From Candidatus Azambacteria bacterium (lineage in GTDB: Bacteria; Patescibacteriota; Minisyncoccia; GWC2-36-17; WO2-46-25): a DNA stretch of 64,000 nt. This document shows positions 16,858 to 27,900 of the stretch, piece after piece (position 1 is the first letter of the stretch; every line of letters starts with the position of its first letter). The DNA is taken from positions 5,801 to 69,800 of the forward strand of contig JACRAK010000019.1 of the NCBI GenBank assembly GCA_016234725.1, written 5' to 3'. The notes under the pieces were generated by a model. The model did not search any database. It was given only the letters and a program-made list of their open reading frames with translations, and was not told the DNA's origin. A program made the position numbers and the translations under genes.

Positions 16858-19800
16858 ATGAGTAATCAGCCTTTAGTAGGCCAGAATGCGAAAAAGAAAT
16901 TATCGCAATTTCTTTCCGCAACGCTTGCCTTCACAACGACTGTTTCATTGTCCGGCTTTGCCCTGATGTTCGCGTTCACCGCGAGCGCACAGGTTGCAAC
17001 GTTGTCAGACGGTGATGTGGTCAAGACCGCGGATAATCCCGATGTATACATCGTGAAGATGCATCCGCATGGTCAGTACGCGGGTTGGAAGCGTCTTATT
17101 CTCAACCCGGAAGTGTTCAATCTTTATGGACACCTCAAGTGGTCAAACATCAAGACGGTAAACCAGGCGACGGTTGATGCGTATCACACGTCTGCATTGG
17201 TACGAGGAGAGAATGATCCTAAGGTATATGTCTTGGCGCCAAACGGCGACGTAGGAACAAAAACCTGGATCACAAACGAAGCAGAGTTCCTCGCGGCAGG
17301 TTATGACTGGAGTCAGATCGCGCAGGTAAACAACAAAGAGCGCGACATGTACACGACTGCTGGTTCACAGCAGCAGGTACCGGCAGCGACAGGAACGGGC
17401 TTGATGGTATCGTTGGCGTCAAACACCGCGGCGGCAGGTTCTATCGTATCTGAGCTTACGGGCTCTGGTACTGGATTGACAGCAGACGGCGCACAGGCAC
17501 AGGTATCAATGCTCACCGCGAATTTCGCTGCGGGTTCAGATGGCGATGTAGCGGTAACGACATTGAAGGTAAAGAGAATGGGCATTTCAGCGGACGCTGA
17601 CATCGCGAATGCGTACTTGTACGATGGCGCGACCCGCGTTGCGGAAATGACCAACATCTCTTCAACCTACATTTCATTCGTGAATGCATCTGGTTTGTTC
17701 ACGGTTTCTCGTGGTACAAGCAAAGCGATCACGGTGAAGATGGATGTGGCAAATGGCACTTCAGCAGGCAAGACAATGGCGTTCGCGATCAACGTGGCAT
17801 CTGATGTTGTGGCTGGCACAGCTACGGTTTCAGGTTCATTCCCGATCGTGGGTAATGGCATGACGACCGCGAATGTTGGCGACCTTGGTAAGATCACGAT
17901 CGCAGACGTTTCGAGCTCAACTACCGTTGATCCGGGTCAGACCGGCTACGAAGTATGGAAGTTCAGCGTTGCGGCAGCGGACCAGAAAGTGAGTGTCTCC
18001 CATATTAAATTGACGAACGTCGGTTCAGTTGCGACAACTGACCTTACGAACATCAAATTGATGGACGGCGCGACACAGCTTGGCGCGACAGCGGCAACCC
18101 TTGCGGTTGACGGCACAGTGACATTCGACCTTTCTTCAAACCCGTTGGTTATCACCGCGGGCCAGACGAAAAACCTGAGCGTGAAAGCAGACATCGTCGG
18201 TGGTACGACTCGCACATTCCGCTTCTCTGTACAGAGATCAGCGGATATCGTAGCGATGGACACCAACTACGGTGTTTACCTTAAGCCAAACCAGACCGAC
18301 TCATTCTTGGTTATCCAACCGGCAGCAGCGACAACGATCAATTCAGGAACATTGACGATTTCAATTGATCCTGCATCGCCGACAGGCAATGTGGCGGCTG
18401 GTTACACCGACCAGGAATTGGCGCGGTTCGCTTTCAAAGCGTCCGGCGAGGCAGTGAAGGTTTCATCCCTCACCGCAACTTCAACCACGACTGGCACAGG
18501 AGGTTTGAACAACGCGAAGTTGTACTTGGATGGTACGCAGGTTGGCGCGACCGCTGACATTGCAACCACTCCGAACACGACATTCACTTTCGGCAATTCA
18601 TTCATCATTCCTGCGGGCGCGACCAAGACCTTGGTCATCAAAGCAGAGGTGAAGACAGCTGCAGGTGTTGCGTACAATGCGGGCGAAACTATTCAGGCGA
18701 AATTGGTTGCGGGTTCATTGAACGCGCAGGGCCAAACCTCAATGACTTCGATCAGTACGTCAGCGGCAAACGGCAACACCTTGACGGTGCAGACCGGCTT
18801 GTTGACGACATCAGCAAACACTGGATTGGCAAATGCAACTACTGCGTTGCCGACTGGTGTTAAGGGCTCAACAAACGTGAAGATTGCATCATTCGTGATC
18901 ACCGCAGGCTCGGGTGAAGGCGCTGATGTAAGCCAGATCGTAGTCAAAAACGGTGCGACAGAAGTGGCGCTTGGCCGCGACTTCCAGAACTTGACATTGA
19001 AGAGCGGTTCAAGCCAGATCGGCACGACCGTTGGTACATTGTCAACAACTGCAGCTAATACCTACACGTTCAATCCGTCTCCTGCGATCAGCATCAACGC
19101 TGGCCAGCAGTACGTAGTTGATGTGTACGCAGATGTGTTAAGCAGCGCGTCAAACGCGTATGCGGTGGGCACCGGTGTTGTGCACACGCCGGTTATTCTT
19201 GACAGCGTGACCGCAACTAGCAAATCAACCAATAGCGACGCAAGCGACGCGACCGACCGGAACGGTCAGAGCGTGTTCATTGCGCTCGCAGGTTCGTTGA
19301 CGGTAGCGGCGGCGTCCGACATGCCGATCGCACAGAACCGCGCAATGGGCCAGACAGGCCAGACCTTGGCAACCTTCAAGTTGACCACAGGCACTCCTGA
19401 AGCGGTGAACATCTCAAGCATCACGGTAACTGACCTGTTGTCGGCGACCGCGACTGCGGCGACCGGTTCGGTAACGAATCTTTCGTTGTGGAATTCTGCA
19501 GGCGTACAGGTTGGCTCAACGGTTGCTTCTATGAGCAGCTCGGCAGTCGGCTTGAACGTGCTCGCGACCTTCAATGGTCTTACGCTGAACGTTGCAAAAG
19601 ATAAGTCAGAAGTGTTGACCTTGAAAGGCGACATGAACACCTATCCGAACGCAGTGTCAGGTAGCGCGCACATGTTCAAAGTGCAGGGCAATGGCGATGT
19701 AACGGCAGTTGGCGCGACGTCAGGCCAGACCATCGCAATGACCGGCGCGGCGATCTCGGGTAATAACCAGAGAGTGTATCGCGCAGAGCTCACCGTCGCA

Positions 19801-20322
19801 AGCGCGATGTCGAACTTCTCGGGTGGTGCAAGCACCGATCAGAACATTGGTAAATACAGATTTACCAACACGTCTCCGGGCAACTACTCCATCACGGTGT
19901 CAGATATTGACCTTGGTTTGAGTACGTCCAAAGCGGCAGCTGCATTTACCGCGACGCGGTATGTCACATTGAAGAGGGATTCGGTAAGTGGCGCGACGGT
20001 TGCAAAGACGCAACTTCGTCCGGGTGTGTTGTACACCGCTTCCGCGCTTCACTTCTCTGACATTACGAGCTGGACAGTGACCGCGGGCAATGTGGGTGAG
20101 CAGATATTCACGCCGTTCACCATTGACGCCTCAAACGGCACCGGTTATGTAGATATTTATGTCTTGGCTGACACGACTGATACAGGCGCGTCAACAATAA
20201 CAATATCTAATAGCCTCGGTTCCGGAAACAATGTTGTCACATGGGGTGATGGCGTATCCGCAAGCACAAGCGTCACATCGGTAGACGGCATGCCGGCCAT
20301 CGGTGCGACGGTTACCTACTAG
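16858..20322 (+). CDS. Large secreted S-layer-like surface protein (1154 aa)
   Basis: Signal-peptide-like N-terminus ending ASA-Q; T/S/A/G/V-rich repeated beta-sandwich-like modules; distinct codon usage (tca/gca/ttc); strong promoter and terminators. Confidence 0.75.
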   Translation: MSNQPLVGQNAKKKLSQFLSATLAFTTTVSLSGFALMFAFTASAQVATLSDGDVVKTADNPDVYIVKMHPHGQYAGWKRLILNPEVFNLYGHLKWSNIKTVNQATVDAYHTSALVRGENDPKVYVLAPNGDVGTKTWITNEAEFLAAGYDWSQIAQVNNKERDMYTTAGSQQQVPAATGTGLMVSLASNTAAAGSIVSELTGSGTGLTADGAQAQVSMLTANFAAGSDGDVAVTTLKVKRMGISADADIANAYLYDGATRVAEMTNISSTYISFVNASGLFTVSRGTSKAITVKMDVANGTSAGKTMAFAINVASDVVAGTATVSGSFPIVGNGMTTANVGDLGKITIADVSSSTTVDPGQTGYEVWKFSVAAADQKVSVSHIKLTNVGSVATTDLTNIKLMDGATQLGATAATLAVDGTVTFDLSSNPLVITAGQTKNLSVKADIVGGTTRTFRFSVQRSADIVAMDTNYGVYLKPNQTDSFLVIQPAAATTINSGTLTISIDPASPTGNVAAGYTDQELARFAFKASGEAVKVSSLTATSTTTGTGGLNNAKLYLDGTQVGATADIATTPNTTFTFGNSFIIPAGATKTLVIKAEVKTAAGVAYNAGETIQAKLVAGSLNAQGQTSMTSISTSAANGNTLTVQTGLLTTSANTGLANATTALPTGVKGSTNVKIASFVITAGSGEGADVSQIVVKNGATEVALGRDFQNLTLKSGSSQIGTTVGTLSTTAANTYTFNPSPAISINAGQQYVVDVYADVLSSASNAYAVGTGVVHTPVILDSVTATSKSTNSDASDATDRNGQSVFIALAGSLTVAAASDMPIAQNRAMGQTGQTLATFKLTTGTPEAVNISSITVTDLLSATATAATGSVTNLSLWNSAGVQVGSTVASMSSSAVGLNVLATFNGLTLNVAKDKSEVLTLKGDMNTYPNAVSGSAHMFKVQGNGDVTAVGATSGQTIAMTGAAISGNNQRVYRAELTVASAMSNFSGGASTDQNIGKYRFTNTSPGNYSITVSDIDLGLSTSKAAAAFTATRYVTLKRDSVSGATVAKTQLRPGVLYTASALHFSDITSWTVTAGNVGEQIFTPFTIDASNGTGYVDIYVLADTTDTGASTITISNSLGSGNNVVTWGDGVSASTSVTSVDGMPAIGATVTY

Positions 20323-20331
20323 TAGATCTCA

Positions 20332-20844
20332 AAACTCGCATACTGCTTGTGACAGTATGATGAGTTTACCCGCCTAAGTTTCTTTAAAGAAATTTTGGCA
20401 GGGACCGCAAAGAGCCCCGAATTTCGGGGCTCTTTGCATTTCTGCTTTCGCGTTTTTGTTTTCGTTATTACTCAATCTTACGAGGTGCGACCTCGTAAGA
20501 TTGAGAGATACTCAAGCAAACACCTCCCCCATTTCGGGGGAGGTGTTTTGCGTTTGCGGAGGCGTTTTGTTTTACCCGCAATCGCCTTGGCGACGGCGGG
20601 TGTTTAGGGATGTTTTGCGTTTGCAGATGTATTTTGCGTTTTTGTTGTTATGCCAATATTCGATGTCATTCTACTCCGATCGGAGTAGAATGACATGGTG
20701 TGTGGAATTGGCGTTAATAATTCTTATGAGACTAAGTCTCGTAAGAATCAAACATCTCCCCAGAAATAGGGAGATGTTTTGTTTTAGTGGATGTGTTTTG
20801 TGTTTTTGTGATTTTTTATATTCGGTCGTCCGACGACCGAATAT
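20332..20844. repeat. Array of about 10 different palindromes/hairpins downstream of the S-layer gene
   Basis: Examples: 20407-20437, 20471-20505, 20517-20549, perfect 34-bp palindrome 20663-20696, 20720-20748, 20750-20779, 20818-20844. Confidence 0.85.
20407..20437 (+). terminator. Probable intrinsic terminator of the S-layer-like gene
   Basis: gcaaagagccccg-aattt-cggggctctttgc followed by T-rich sequence. Confidence 0.65.
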
Positions 20845-20906
20845 TGTTTTACCTCGATACTTTAAGCATTTTTGACTTGCGATATGCGCATGGTATAATT
20901 GCTGGT

Positions 20907-21214
20907 ATGAAAAAGCTCTCACCAAAGAAGAAAAAAATCATATCCCAAAATCAATTTGGCGTTATTTTGGAAGATATCAACGGAAAATTTGATCTGATGA
21001 TAGAAGGACAAAAAGCGTCTGATAAAAAGAATGAAAGTAATTTCAAGGTTGTTTTCAGTATCTTTCCAGATTTGAAGATGAATTGATGTTTATTAAAGCG
21101 GAAATCGCCGATATCAAAAAGACATTGACGCAGAAAGAGGATAAAGACAGGGTCGCTCTTTTGGAAAAGCGCGTAGAAAAATTGGAACGACAGCTTGCGC
21201 AAACGACACGGTAA
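20907..21214 (+). pseudogene. Small coiled-coil protein with a one-base frameshift at a T4 run (~21052-21055)
   Basis: MKKLSPKKKKIISQNQFGVILEDINGKFD...; adding one T restores ...VVFQYLSRFEDELMFIKAEIADIKK...RVALLEKRVEKLERQLAQTTR*; own TTGACT/TATAAT promoter. Confidence 0.7.
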
Positions 21215-21243
21215 AATTTGAAAGGAATGATATAATTATTAGT

Positions 21244-21603
21244 ATGAAAAAGCCCTCGCCAAAGAAGAAAAAAGATGTTACCCTCAACGATCTCGCCCTT
21301 ATGATGGGAAGGGGTTTTAACGAAGTCCATGAAAAAATGGACAGGGGATTTGCCGGTGTGGATGTACGATTCGAGCAAGTGGATGTGCGTTTTGAGCAAG
21401 TTGACGAACGACTTGATCATTTGGATCATCAAGTAGCGGGGCTAAAAAAAGATTTTAATGATCTTCAAACTGCTGTTGACGGCTATGCAAAGAAAGCTGA
21501 TACCTATTTTCAGGAAATGGTAATGTTGGCGCATAAGGTCGATAGAATGGAGCGCTGAATTTTACAGCTCGCAGAAAAGATGGGGGTTCAGCTTAAGGCC
21601 TAA
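21244..21603 (+). pseudogene. Small coiled-coil protein similar in style to the previous gene, with an in-frame TGA at 21556-21558
   Basis: MKKPSPKKKK start, VDVRFEQ repeats; the frame continues MER*ILQLAEKMGVQLKA to TAA at 21603. Confidence 0.6.
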
Positions 21604-21621
21604 GCATTCTCTATTTAACCG

Positions 21622-23907
21622 ATGGTTTTCCGAGAAAGCACTATCGTTTCCATTATAAAAGCCGGCGTATACGCCGCTCTTTTTTTACCGTTTATAGTCG
21701 TTCCGCTGTTTCTTTTTCCCTTTGCCACTTCGCGCGGCTTTTTGTTTCAGATCATCGTTGAGTTCGTTTTTGCGCTCTGGGCGGTGCTTGCGTTGAAAAA
21801 CCCTGTGTATCGCCCCAAAAAGACAGCGCTTTTTCTCGCGCTGTCTTTTTATTTTTTAGCAGTACTGCTTTCTACGATCTTCGGGCTTGACCCGTACCGG
21901 AGCTTTTTTGGCAACTACGAACGCATGTGGGGGTTCTTTTCGCTTGTACATTTCTTTTTGTTTTTTGTGGTGTGCGCGGGAATGTTCAAAACAAAAGAAG
22001 AATGGGCAAGGATCATCAAGATCACGCTTATTGTCGGCGCGCTTTCCGTTGCTTTTGGCATGTTCCAATTCGTCGGTTCGCTTGTGATGAGCGGCAGTGC
22101 GCCGCGCATTATGAGTACCATCGGCAATCCGGCGTTTTTTGCAAGTTATCTTTTCTTTGTATGTTTTTTTGCATTCCTTTTTTATGTGCGCGCCAAACTG
22201 CAGGGAAGTTCGGAATACTCACTTCGTTTTTTGTATAGCGCGCTTTCGCTTGTGGCGGTGTTTGCAATTTTAGCTACCGCAACGCGCGGCGCGGCGGTAG
22301 GGCTTGCGGCGGTATTTTTTGTTGGCGCGGCGTTGCTCGCGGTATTTTCCAAGAAACGCGCGTTGAAGATCGGCGCGATATCGTTTGTTGTTCTTTCGCT
22401 TCTTGGGGTAGTGGTGCTTGTCTCGCAGGGGGCGTTGTTTGAAAAGCCGGAGCGCATCACGCAAGAACAGTTTTATGGTATAGATCATTTCGACGCGCCG
22501 GTCGGGGAAGCGCAGAGCGTGCCGTTCCTTTCGCGTATTGCAAATATCTCGCTTTATGACGTAACGGTGCAAACGCGCCTTATCGCGTGGAAGTCGGCAC
22601 TCGGAGGAATGAAGGAGTCGTCTTTGCTTGGCGTAGGGCCGGAGAATTTTATTCTCGCGTTCAACAAACAGTTTGACCCGGCATTTTATTCCTATGAGCG
22701 TTCAGAAGTATGGTTTGACCGCGCGCATGATATCTATATCGACATGCTCGTAACGCACGGGTGGGTAGGGTTGATTGCGTATCTGGCTCTTTTTGCCGCG
22801 GCATTGTATACGATCATCTCGCTGTATAAAAAAGGTAAGCTCGATGCCTCGCACGCATTCGTATTTGCGCTGTTTTTTGTCGCGTACGCGGCGCAAAACA
22901 TTTTCTTGTTTGATTCGTTCTCGGCGTTTCTGATGTTTATCGTTGCGCTTGCGTATCTCAATAGTTTTTCTCAAGAACAAAATGCACCAGCGCCTCGCGG
23001 GGGATTTGTGAGCGTATCGATGCTTGCCGTGCCGCTCATTGGTGTGCTTTTGGTGAGTTATTTTTTTACTGCACGACCGGCCGCGGAAGCGTATTTTATC
23101 TCAAAGGCAGAAAGCGGAAGATACGATATCCATCAAACGATGGAATATTACCGGCAGGCGACCGCATATCATACATATGGCGACAACGAAGCACACAGTC
23201 GTATGGCGCTTGCGGTGGCAAAGTACATTCAGGGCGTTGAAACAAAAGAATTGCCGTCAGGCGTTGAAGCGTATCTCGATGAAGCGATCGCCGCATTGAA
23301 GCAAAACATCGACCAGACCAATCAATATCTCTTACTCTATCGGCTTCAGCTTTCCGATCTGTATAATTTGAAGCTCTCCCGTACAGGAATGGCGTCGCCC
23401 GAGATAGAAGACATTATTCGCACATCTATCGCGATAAGCCCGGGAAGAATGGAGTTTGAATTCGCGCTTGCGCAAACTGAATTTTTGAAGGGGGATTATC
23501 AGAAATCCATTGATATTCTGCTGGGAGCGTCAGCGAAAAACTCAGACCACCCTATGCCATATTGGAAGATCGCGCAAGCGTATCATTTCATGGGAAGCGA
23601 TGAGAAAGGCATCCCGTATCTTGAAAAGGCGTTATATCTCGGGCAAGGCGTTCGTACTGCGAAAGAGGTGCTGTGGGCGGAGAAGTATTATGTAGAGCAC
23701 GAAGACCTCGTGAAAATCATCTATATTGACCAGCGGATGCTGCAGGCAGGAGTGGATGATGCGGAGGCAATACGCCTTCATATGAACATGGCGGTTGTCT
23801 ACGCAAAGCTTGGCAAGAAAGAAAAAGCCATTGAGCACGCGCAAGCAATCGCGCAGCTCGACCCCTCCCAACGTGAAGCCGTGGATAACTTTATTAAAGA
23901 GTTATAA
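21622..23907 (+). CDS. O-antigen ligase/O-oligosaccharyltransferase-like membrane protein with C-terminal TPRs (paralogue 1)
   Basis: Many TM helices; STIGNPAFFASY, ATATRGA, TRLIAW, GVGPENF, FDRAHD; helical TPR-like tail. Confidence 0.85.
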   Translation: MVFRESTIVSIIKAGVYAALFLPFIVVPLFLFPFATSRGFLFQIIVEFVFALWAVLALKNPVYRPKKTALFLALSFYFLAVLLSTIFGLDPYRSFFGNYERMWGFFSLVHFFLFFVVCAGMFKTKEEWARIIKITLIVGALSVAFGMFQFVGSLVMSGSAPRIMSTIGNPAFFASYLFFVCFFAFLFYVRAKLQGSSEYSLRFLYSALSLVAVFAILATATRGAAVGLAAVFFVGAALLAVFSKKRALKIGAISFVVLSLLGVVVLVSQGALFEKPERITQEQFYGIDHFDAPVGEAQSVPFLSRIANISLYDVTVQTRLIAWKSALGGMKESSLLGVGPENFILAFNKQFDPAFYSYERSEVWFDRAHDIYIDMLVTHGWVGLIAYLALFAAALYTIISLYKKGKLDASHAFVFALFFVAYAAQNIFLFDSFSAFLMFIVALAYLNSFSQEQNAPAPRGGFVSVSMLAVPLIGVLLVSYFFTARPAAEAYFISKAESGRYDIHQTMEYYRQATAYHTYGDNEAHSRMALAVAKYIQGVETKELPSGVEAYLDEAIAALKQNIDQTNQYLLLYRLQLSDLYNLKLSRTGMASPEIEDIIRTSIAISPGRMEFEFALAQTEFLKGDYQKSIDILLGASAKNSDHPMPYWKIAQAYHFMGSDEKGIPYLEKALYLGQGVRTAKEVLWAEKYYVEHEDLVKIIYIDQRMLQAGVDDAEAIRLHMNMAVVYAKLGKKEKAIEHAQAIAQLDPSQREAVDNFIKEL

Positions 23908-23944
23908 TACTTTATACTTTTAAACCCTTAAACATTTAAACTTT
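23907..23944. repeat. Left degenerate 7-8-nt array flanking the four-helix-bundle gene
   Basis: tacttta tactttta aaccctta aacattta aactttt; shares ttttaaaccctta and acatttRaacttt with the right array. Confidence 0.75.
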
Positions 23945-23948
23945 TCCC

Positions 23949-24419
23949 ATGAGCACTGCAAAATCATTTGAAGATCTGTTTGTGTGGCAAAAATCCCGGG
24001 AACTGGTAAACTGCATTTATTCGTTTACACGGAAACCGCTATTTGCCAATGATCGGGGACTTGCCGATCAGATCACTCGCGCCGCCGCATCGGTTTTATC
24101 CAATATCGCAGAAGGATTTGAGCGGGGAAGCAGGGAGGAGACGGTATATTTTCTGTACATCGCAAAGGCATCGTGCGGCGAAGTACGCGCGCAATTATAC
24201 GTCGCACTCGACCAAAAATACATCACGAAGACAGAGTTCGAAAAAGCTGCTGATCTGTGTCGTTTCACATCGTCGCTTATTTCTAAATTCATCGAAAGTT
24301 TAAAAGTATCACCGCATAAAGGCATAAAGTTCAAAAAGCCGATCGACAAGGAAAGAGAAGAATTTGAAAAGCAACTCCTCAGCTATCTCCCTACCGACCA
24401 CCCACTTCGCAATACGTAA
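23949..24419 (+). CDS. Four-helix-bundle protein (23S rRNA IVP / bAvd-like family)
   Basis: SFEDLFVWQKSREL, LADQITRAAASVLSNIAEGFER, FLYIAKASCGEVRAQLYVA. Confidence 0.93.
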   Translation: MSTAKSFEDLFVWQKSRELVNCIYSFTRKPLFANDRGLADQITRAAASVLSNIAEGFERGSREETVYFLYIAKASCGEVRAQLYVALDQKYITKTEFEKAADLCRFTSSLISKFIESLKVSPHKGIKFKKPIDKEREEFEKQLLSYLPTDHPLRNT

Positions 24420-24428
24420 CCACTAATT

Positions 24429-24476
24429 TTTTAAACCCTTATACTGTTAGACATTTGAACTTTATATCTTTAAACT
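24429..24476. repeat. Right degenerate 7-8-nt array flanking the four-helix-bundle gene (direct orientation)
   Basis: ttttaaacccttatactgttagacatttgaactttatatctttaaact. Confidence 0.75.
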
Positions 24477-24482
24477 AAATCT

Positions 24483-24986
24483 ATGGAATCACAAGAGCAA
24501 GCACAACAAAACAAAAAAAGAGTCCCAAAAGCGCTAAAGATCGCGGGGATTGCAATTGGTGCACTTGCCGTTTTTCTAATAACAGCGTTTTACGGCCTTT
24601 CGTGGTATGGAGAGTGGAGCTTGAGGCAAGACGTTGCACGGATCATTGAGCAGCAAAACCGGCCATATCTTGAAGACACCTATGGAGGAAAAACGCCAAA
24701 AGAAACACTTGAGCTTTTCATTGCTGCAGTCGAAAAAGAGGACTTTACTCTCGCAAGCAAATACTTTGTTTTGAGCAAACAAAGAGAATGGGAGAGCGGA
24801 TTGGGAAAGATAAAGGAAAGGAATAATTTGAATTTACTGCTCGAAAAGATGTATAAAATGGAAGACAGGGGATTTTTAGGCCCCGATTCATTTCAAATGG
24901 CGGCAAAAGATGAAAAAGGCGTTTTTATGACTTTCATATCATTTATTAAATATCCATCTGGTATCTGGAAAATTCAAGAACTCTAA
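24483..24986 (+). CDS. Membrane-anchored hypothetical protein (possibly NTF2-like), tightly coupled to the next gene
   Basis: Single TM; DTYGGKTPKETLELFIAAVEKEDFTLASKYF; ends in GIWKIQEL; 1-nt gap to the next ATG. Confidence 0.7.
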   Translation: MESQEQAQQNKKRVPKALKIAGIAIGALAVFLITAFYGLSWYGEWSLRQDVARIIEQQNRPYLEDTYGGKTPKETLELFIAAVEKEDFTLASKYFVLSKQREWESGLGKIKERNNLNLLLEKMYKMEDRGFLGPDSFQMAAKDEKGVFMTFISFIKYPSGIWKIQEL

Positions 24987-24987
24987 A

Positions 24988-27900
24988 ATGACAAAAAAAA
25001 TCTCATTTTTTCTCATAGTTTTTGCATTCATTTCCCTTGTTTTTTTTCAGCAGGGCAGGGGATACGATGACAAAACCACCCACCCAGGTCTTACTGACGA
25101 GATGGTTGATTTTTATAATGCTTCATTTGATGCAAAATTAACCAGCGAAGAAAAAGAGTGGATAGTTCAGGGAGCGATAGATGAAGATATTCCGCCTCGG
25201 TGGATAAACCATTTTTATGATCCAATTTATAACGAAGGATGGAAAGCAGAAAATCTCGGCACCGTACCGCCCTCAACACTTCGCTTTCTTTCCGGCATAT
25301 TTTTTAACATCAATACAGAAATTGTTTCTTCAAAGCAGTGGGTTCATGATGAGGTTTTACAGGCGCGCTATACAAGTTATGGTGGAAATAACACGTGGGA
25401 AAATGCTATTCGCCAATATGCAAACGGCAATAAAAAAGATGCATATTATATTTTAGGTCATGTTTTGCATTTGCTTGAAGACAAGACAGTTCCTGATCAC
25501 ACAAGGAACGATACTCATGCTCATGAAGGATCATTTATTAGTGGCGATGGAGGTAGTCCATATGAAGATTATGGCAGGAATTTTAATCGGCAGAATTTAA
25601 CGACAGCGCAAGAGTTGCGCCAGTTGAATAAACAACCATTTTTTCTACCTTCAATTGATGAATATTTTGATTATCTTGCAAAGTATTCAAACGGCTATTT
25701 TTTTAGCGAACATACAATAAATTTAAAAAAATATACGAATCCTAAAATTATAAAAGAAAGGATCTACAATAATGATCTTTTTTTAGGTTACAGCAAGGAT
25801 AAGGATGGAATAGAATTTCCATTGGTAAAAATAAAAGAAACGTTTGATACAGGAAGTGGGGGCGTATTGCGAGAATATTCTGTAAATGAAAAATATATCT
25901 TAGAGAATTATTTCTCCCGGCTTACTCAAGAGGCGGTTCTATCTGGTGCCGGTGTTATTAAGTTATTTCACGAGGAAGCGGAAAGGGCTAAACAAAACAA
26001 AGCATCTATTTCTCCTGTACCACAAATAAGCTGGTGGCAACAAATGAGATCTCCTTTATATGGTGGCATTGCCTTGTATAATAACGTAAACGAAACAGTG
26101 GTAAGCGCATATAGTTTTGTTACCTCTTTTACCGCTAATACCATCTCTTTTTTTGGTAATTACTCAAATCTATTTGCCGCGCAGCTGAGCGGGTTGATCA
26201 GTACAAACGCACAGCCAGCGCCTGCGCCGGCGGTGGTTGTCGTGCAAGAACCCGCTTTGGTGCCTGTTGAAATCAATGCGGGTTCGCCCATCCCTCCGCA
26301 ATCGATAGATGTCCCCGCAGAGACAGCCGCCGCTCCCACGATAGCTGCTCCGCAAGTAACACCCGCGGCAGAGATGATTACTGTGCCGCCGCCCGCTAAT
26401 GTAGTAGAAATTCCCGCGATAATATCCGAAGCGATCGTAGATGTTCTGCCTTTACCCGCGCCGGTATATCGCGGCAGCGCTTCCGTGACGGGTGTTTCGC
26501 CGGATGCATTGGTGGCACAAAATAATACCCCATTAACCGCAGCAGAGACACAGACAACAAATACAACGACAGCCACAACTTCTACAAATGATACGCTTGC
26601 GACAACGACCGACAGCACTTTTGCAACCACGACCGATGCGACGAAAGGCGATACGGCAACATCAACGGAAGAAGTGATCGTGTCAGCGACACCGACCGAG
26701 CCGGTGATCGCAGAGACACCAGAGGTCATTGATGGGCCGCCGGTCGTCATCAACGAAATTGCCTGGATGGGCACGAAAGCGCAGGCAAATGACGAATGGA
26801 TAGAGCTGTATAACAAAACAAACAGCGACATCGACCTTTCCGGCTGGATGCTTGAAAGCAGGAATCAGCGATTTTCCGTCGCATTGCAGGGCGTGATTCT
26901 TGCGAAGGGATATTTTTTGCTTGAACGTACTGCAAGCACGACGACAGATCAAGCGGAGAACATGACATACTCTTCGCACAAAGGCGTGTTGGTGGACTCC
27001 GGACCGGATGCAAATGTGTATCTCAAAAACGGCACGACAACAGTTGACAATGTTGATTTTAACAACCGTTGGATCGCAGGAGAGAACGGGGTGAAGCGCA
27101 CCATGGAGCGGGTGAGTCCATATGCGACGAGCACGCTCTCATACAATTGGAAAACATATTCCGAAGCGCTTACACCGCCATTTGCAAAAGCCGCAATCGT
27201 AGATGGTATTGCAAACGACATCCTCGGTACGCCGGGCGCGAAAAACAGCGTGACCGGATACTATACGCCAACGGGGGGTGTCACCGAGAATACCGTATGG
27301 CGTAAGGCGTACAGCCCGTATTATGTGCCGGCCTCCACCGCCATTCTGCAAAATGCGACGCTTACGATAGAGCCGGGAACAGTGGTTAAATTTGCTAAAG
27401 GAGGATACTCTTATCCCGGTGGGCTGGAGGTGCATGGTGTTTTAAAGGCGGAGGGCACGCAAGCCGATCAGATCATTTTTACTTCATTTCTGGACGATGC
27501 GGTAGATGGTATCGATTCCAATCAAGATGGAAAATCCACAAGTCCTGCGCCCGCAGATTGGATGCGCATTGATTTTTTCAACACGACGAAGCCATCGGTG
27601 ATCCGTTACGCAAAAATATACTATGGCGGACAGGGGTACACCAATGCTAACGGTTATCCCATGTATTCCGGCGCAGTTAATATTCAAAATGCAAGCCCTG
27701 TTATTTCTGATTCCCTGTTTGACGGCAATAAAGCGATATCTCTCTATGTCAAAGGAGATTCGCATCCGATCATTACAGGAAACACTATTAAAAACACCGT
27801 GACGCCATACGGATACGGCATCCAACTTGCCAATGCCAGCTCCACAGCGGACATTATTGGGAATATTTTTGAGGACAATGGCGTCGGTATCAGCTCTGAA

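Noticed and set aside
20332-20844. CRISPR array or integron attC array
   Set aside because: The palindromes differ from each other, spacing is irregular, and there are no cas genes, integrase or cassette ORFs
21556-21558. TGA reassignment (code 4 or 25)
   Set aside because: TGA ends well-defined genes at their expected ends (tgt, tspO, helicase), and long conserved ORFs have no internal TGA
23949-24419. Diversity-generating retroelement suggested by the Avd-like gene
   Set aside because: No reverse transcriptase and no template/variable repeat pair with adenine-specific mismatches seen in the window
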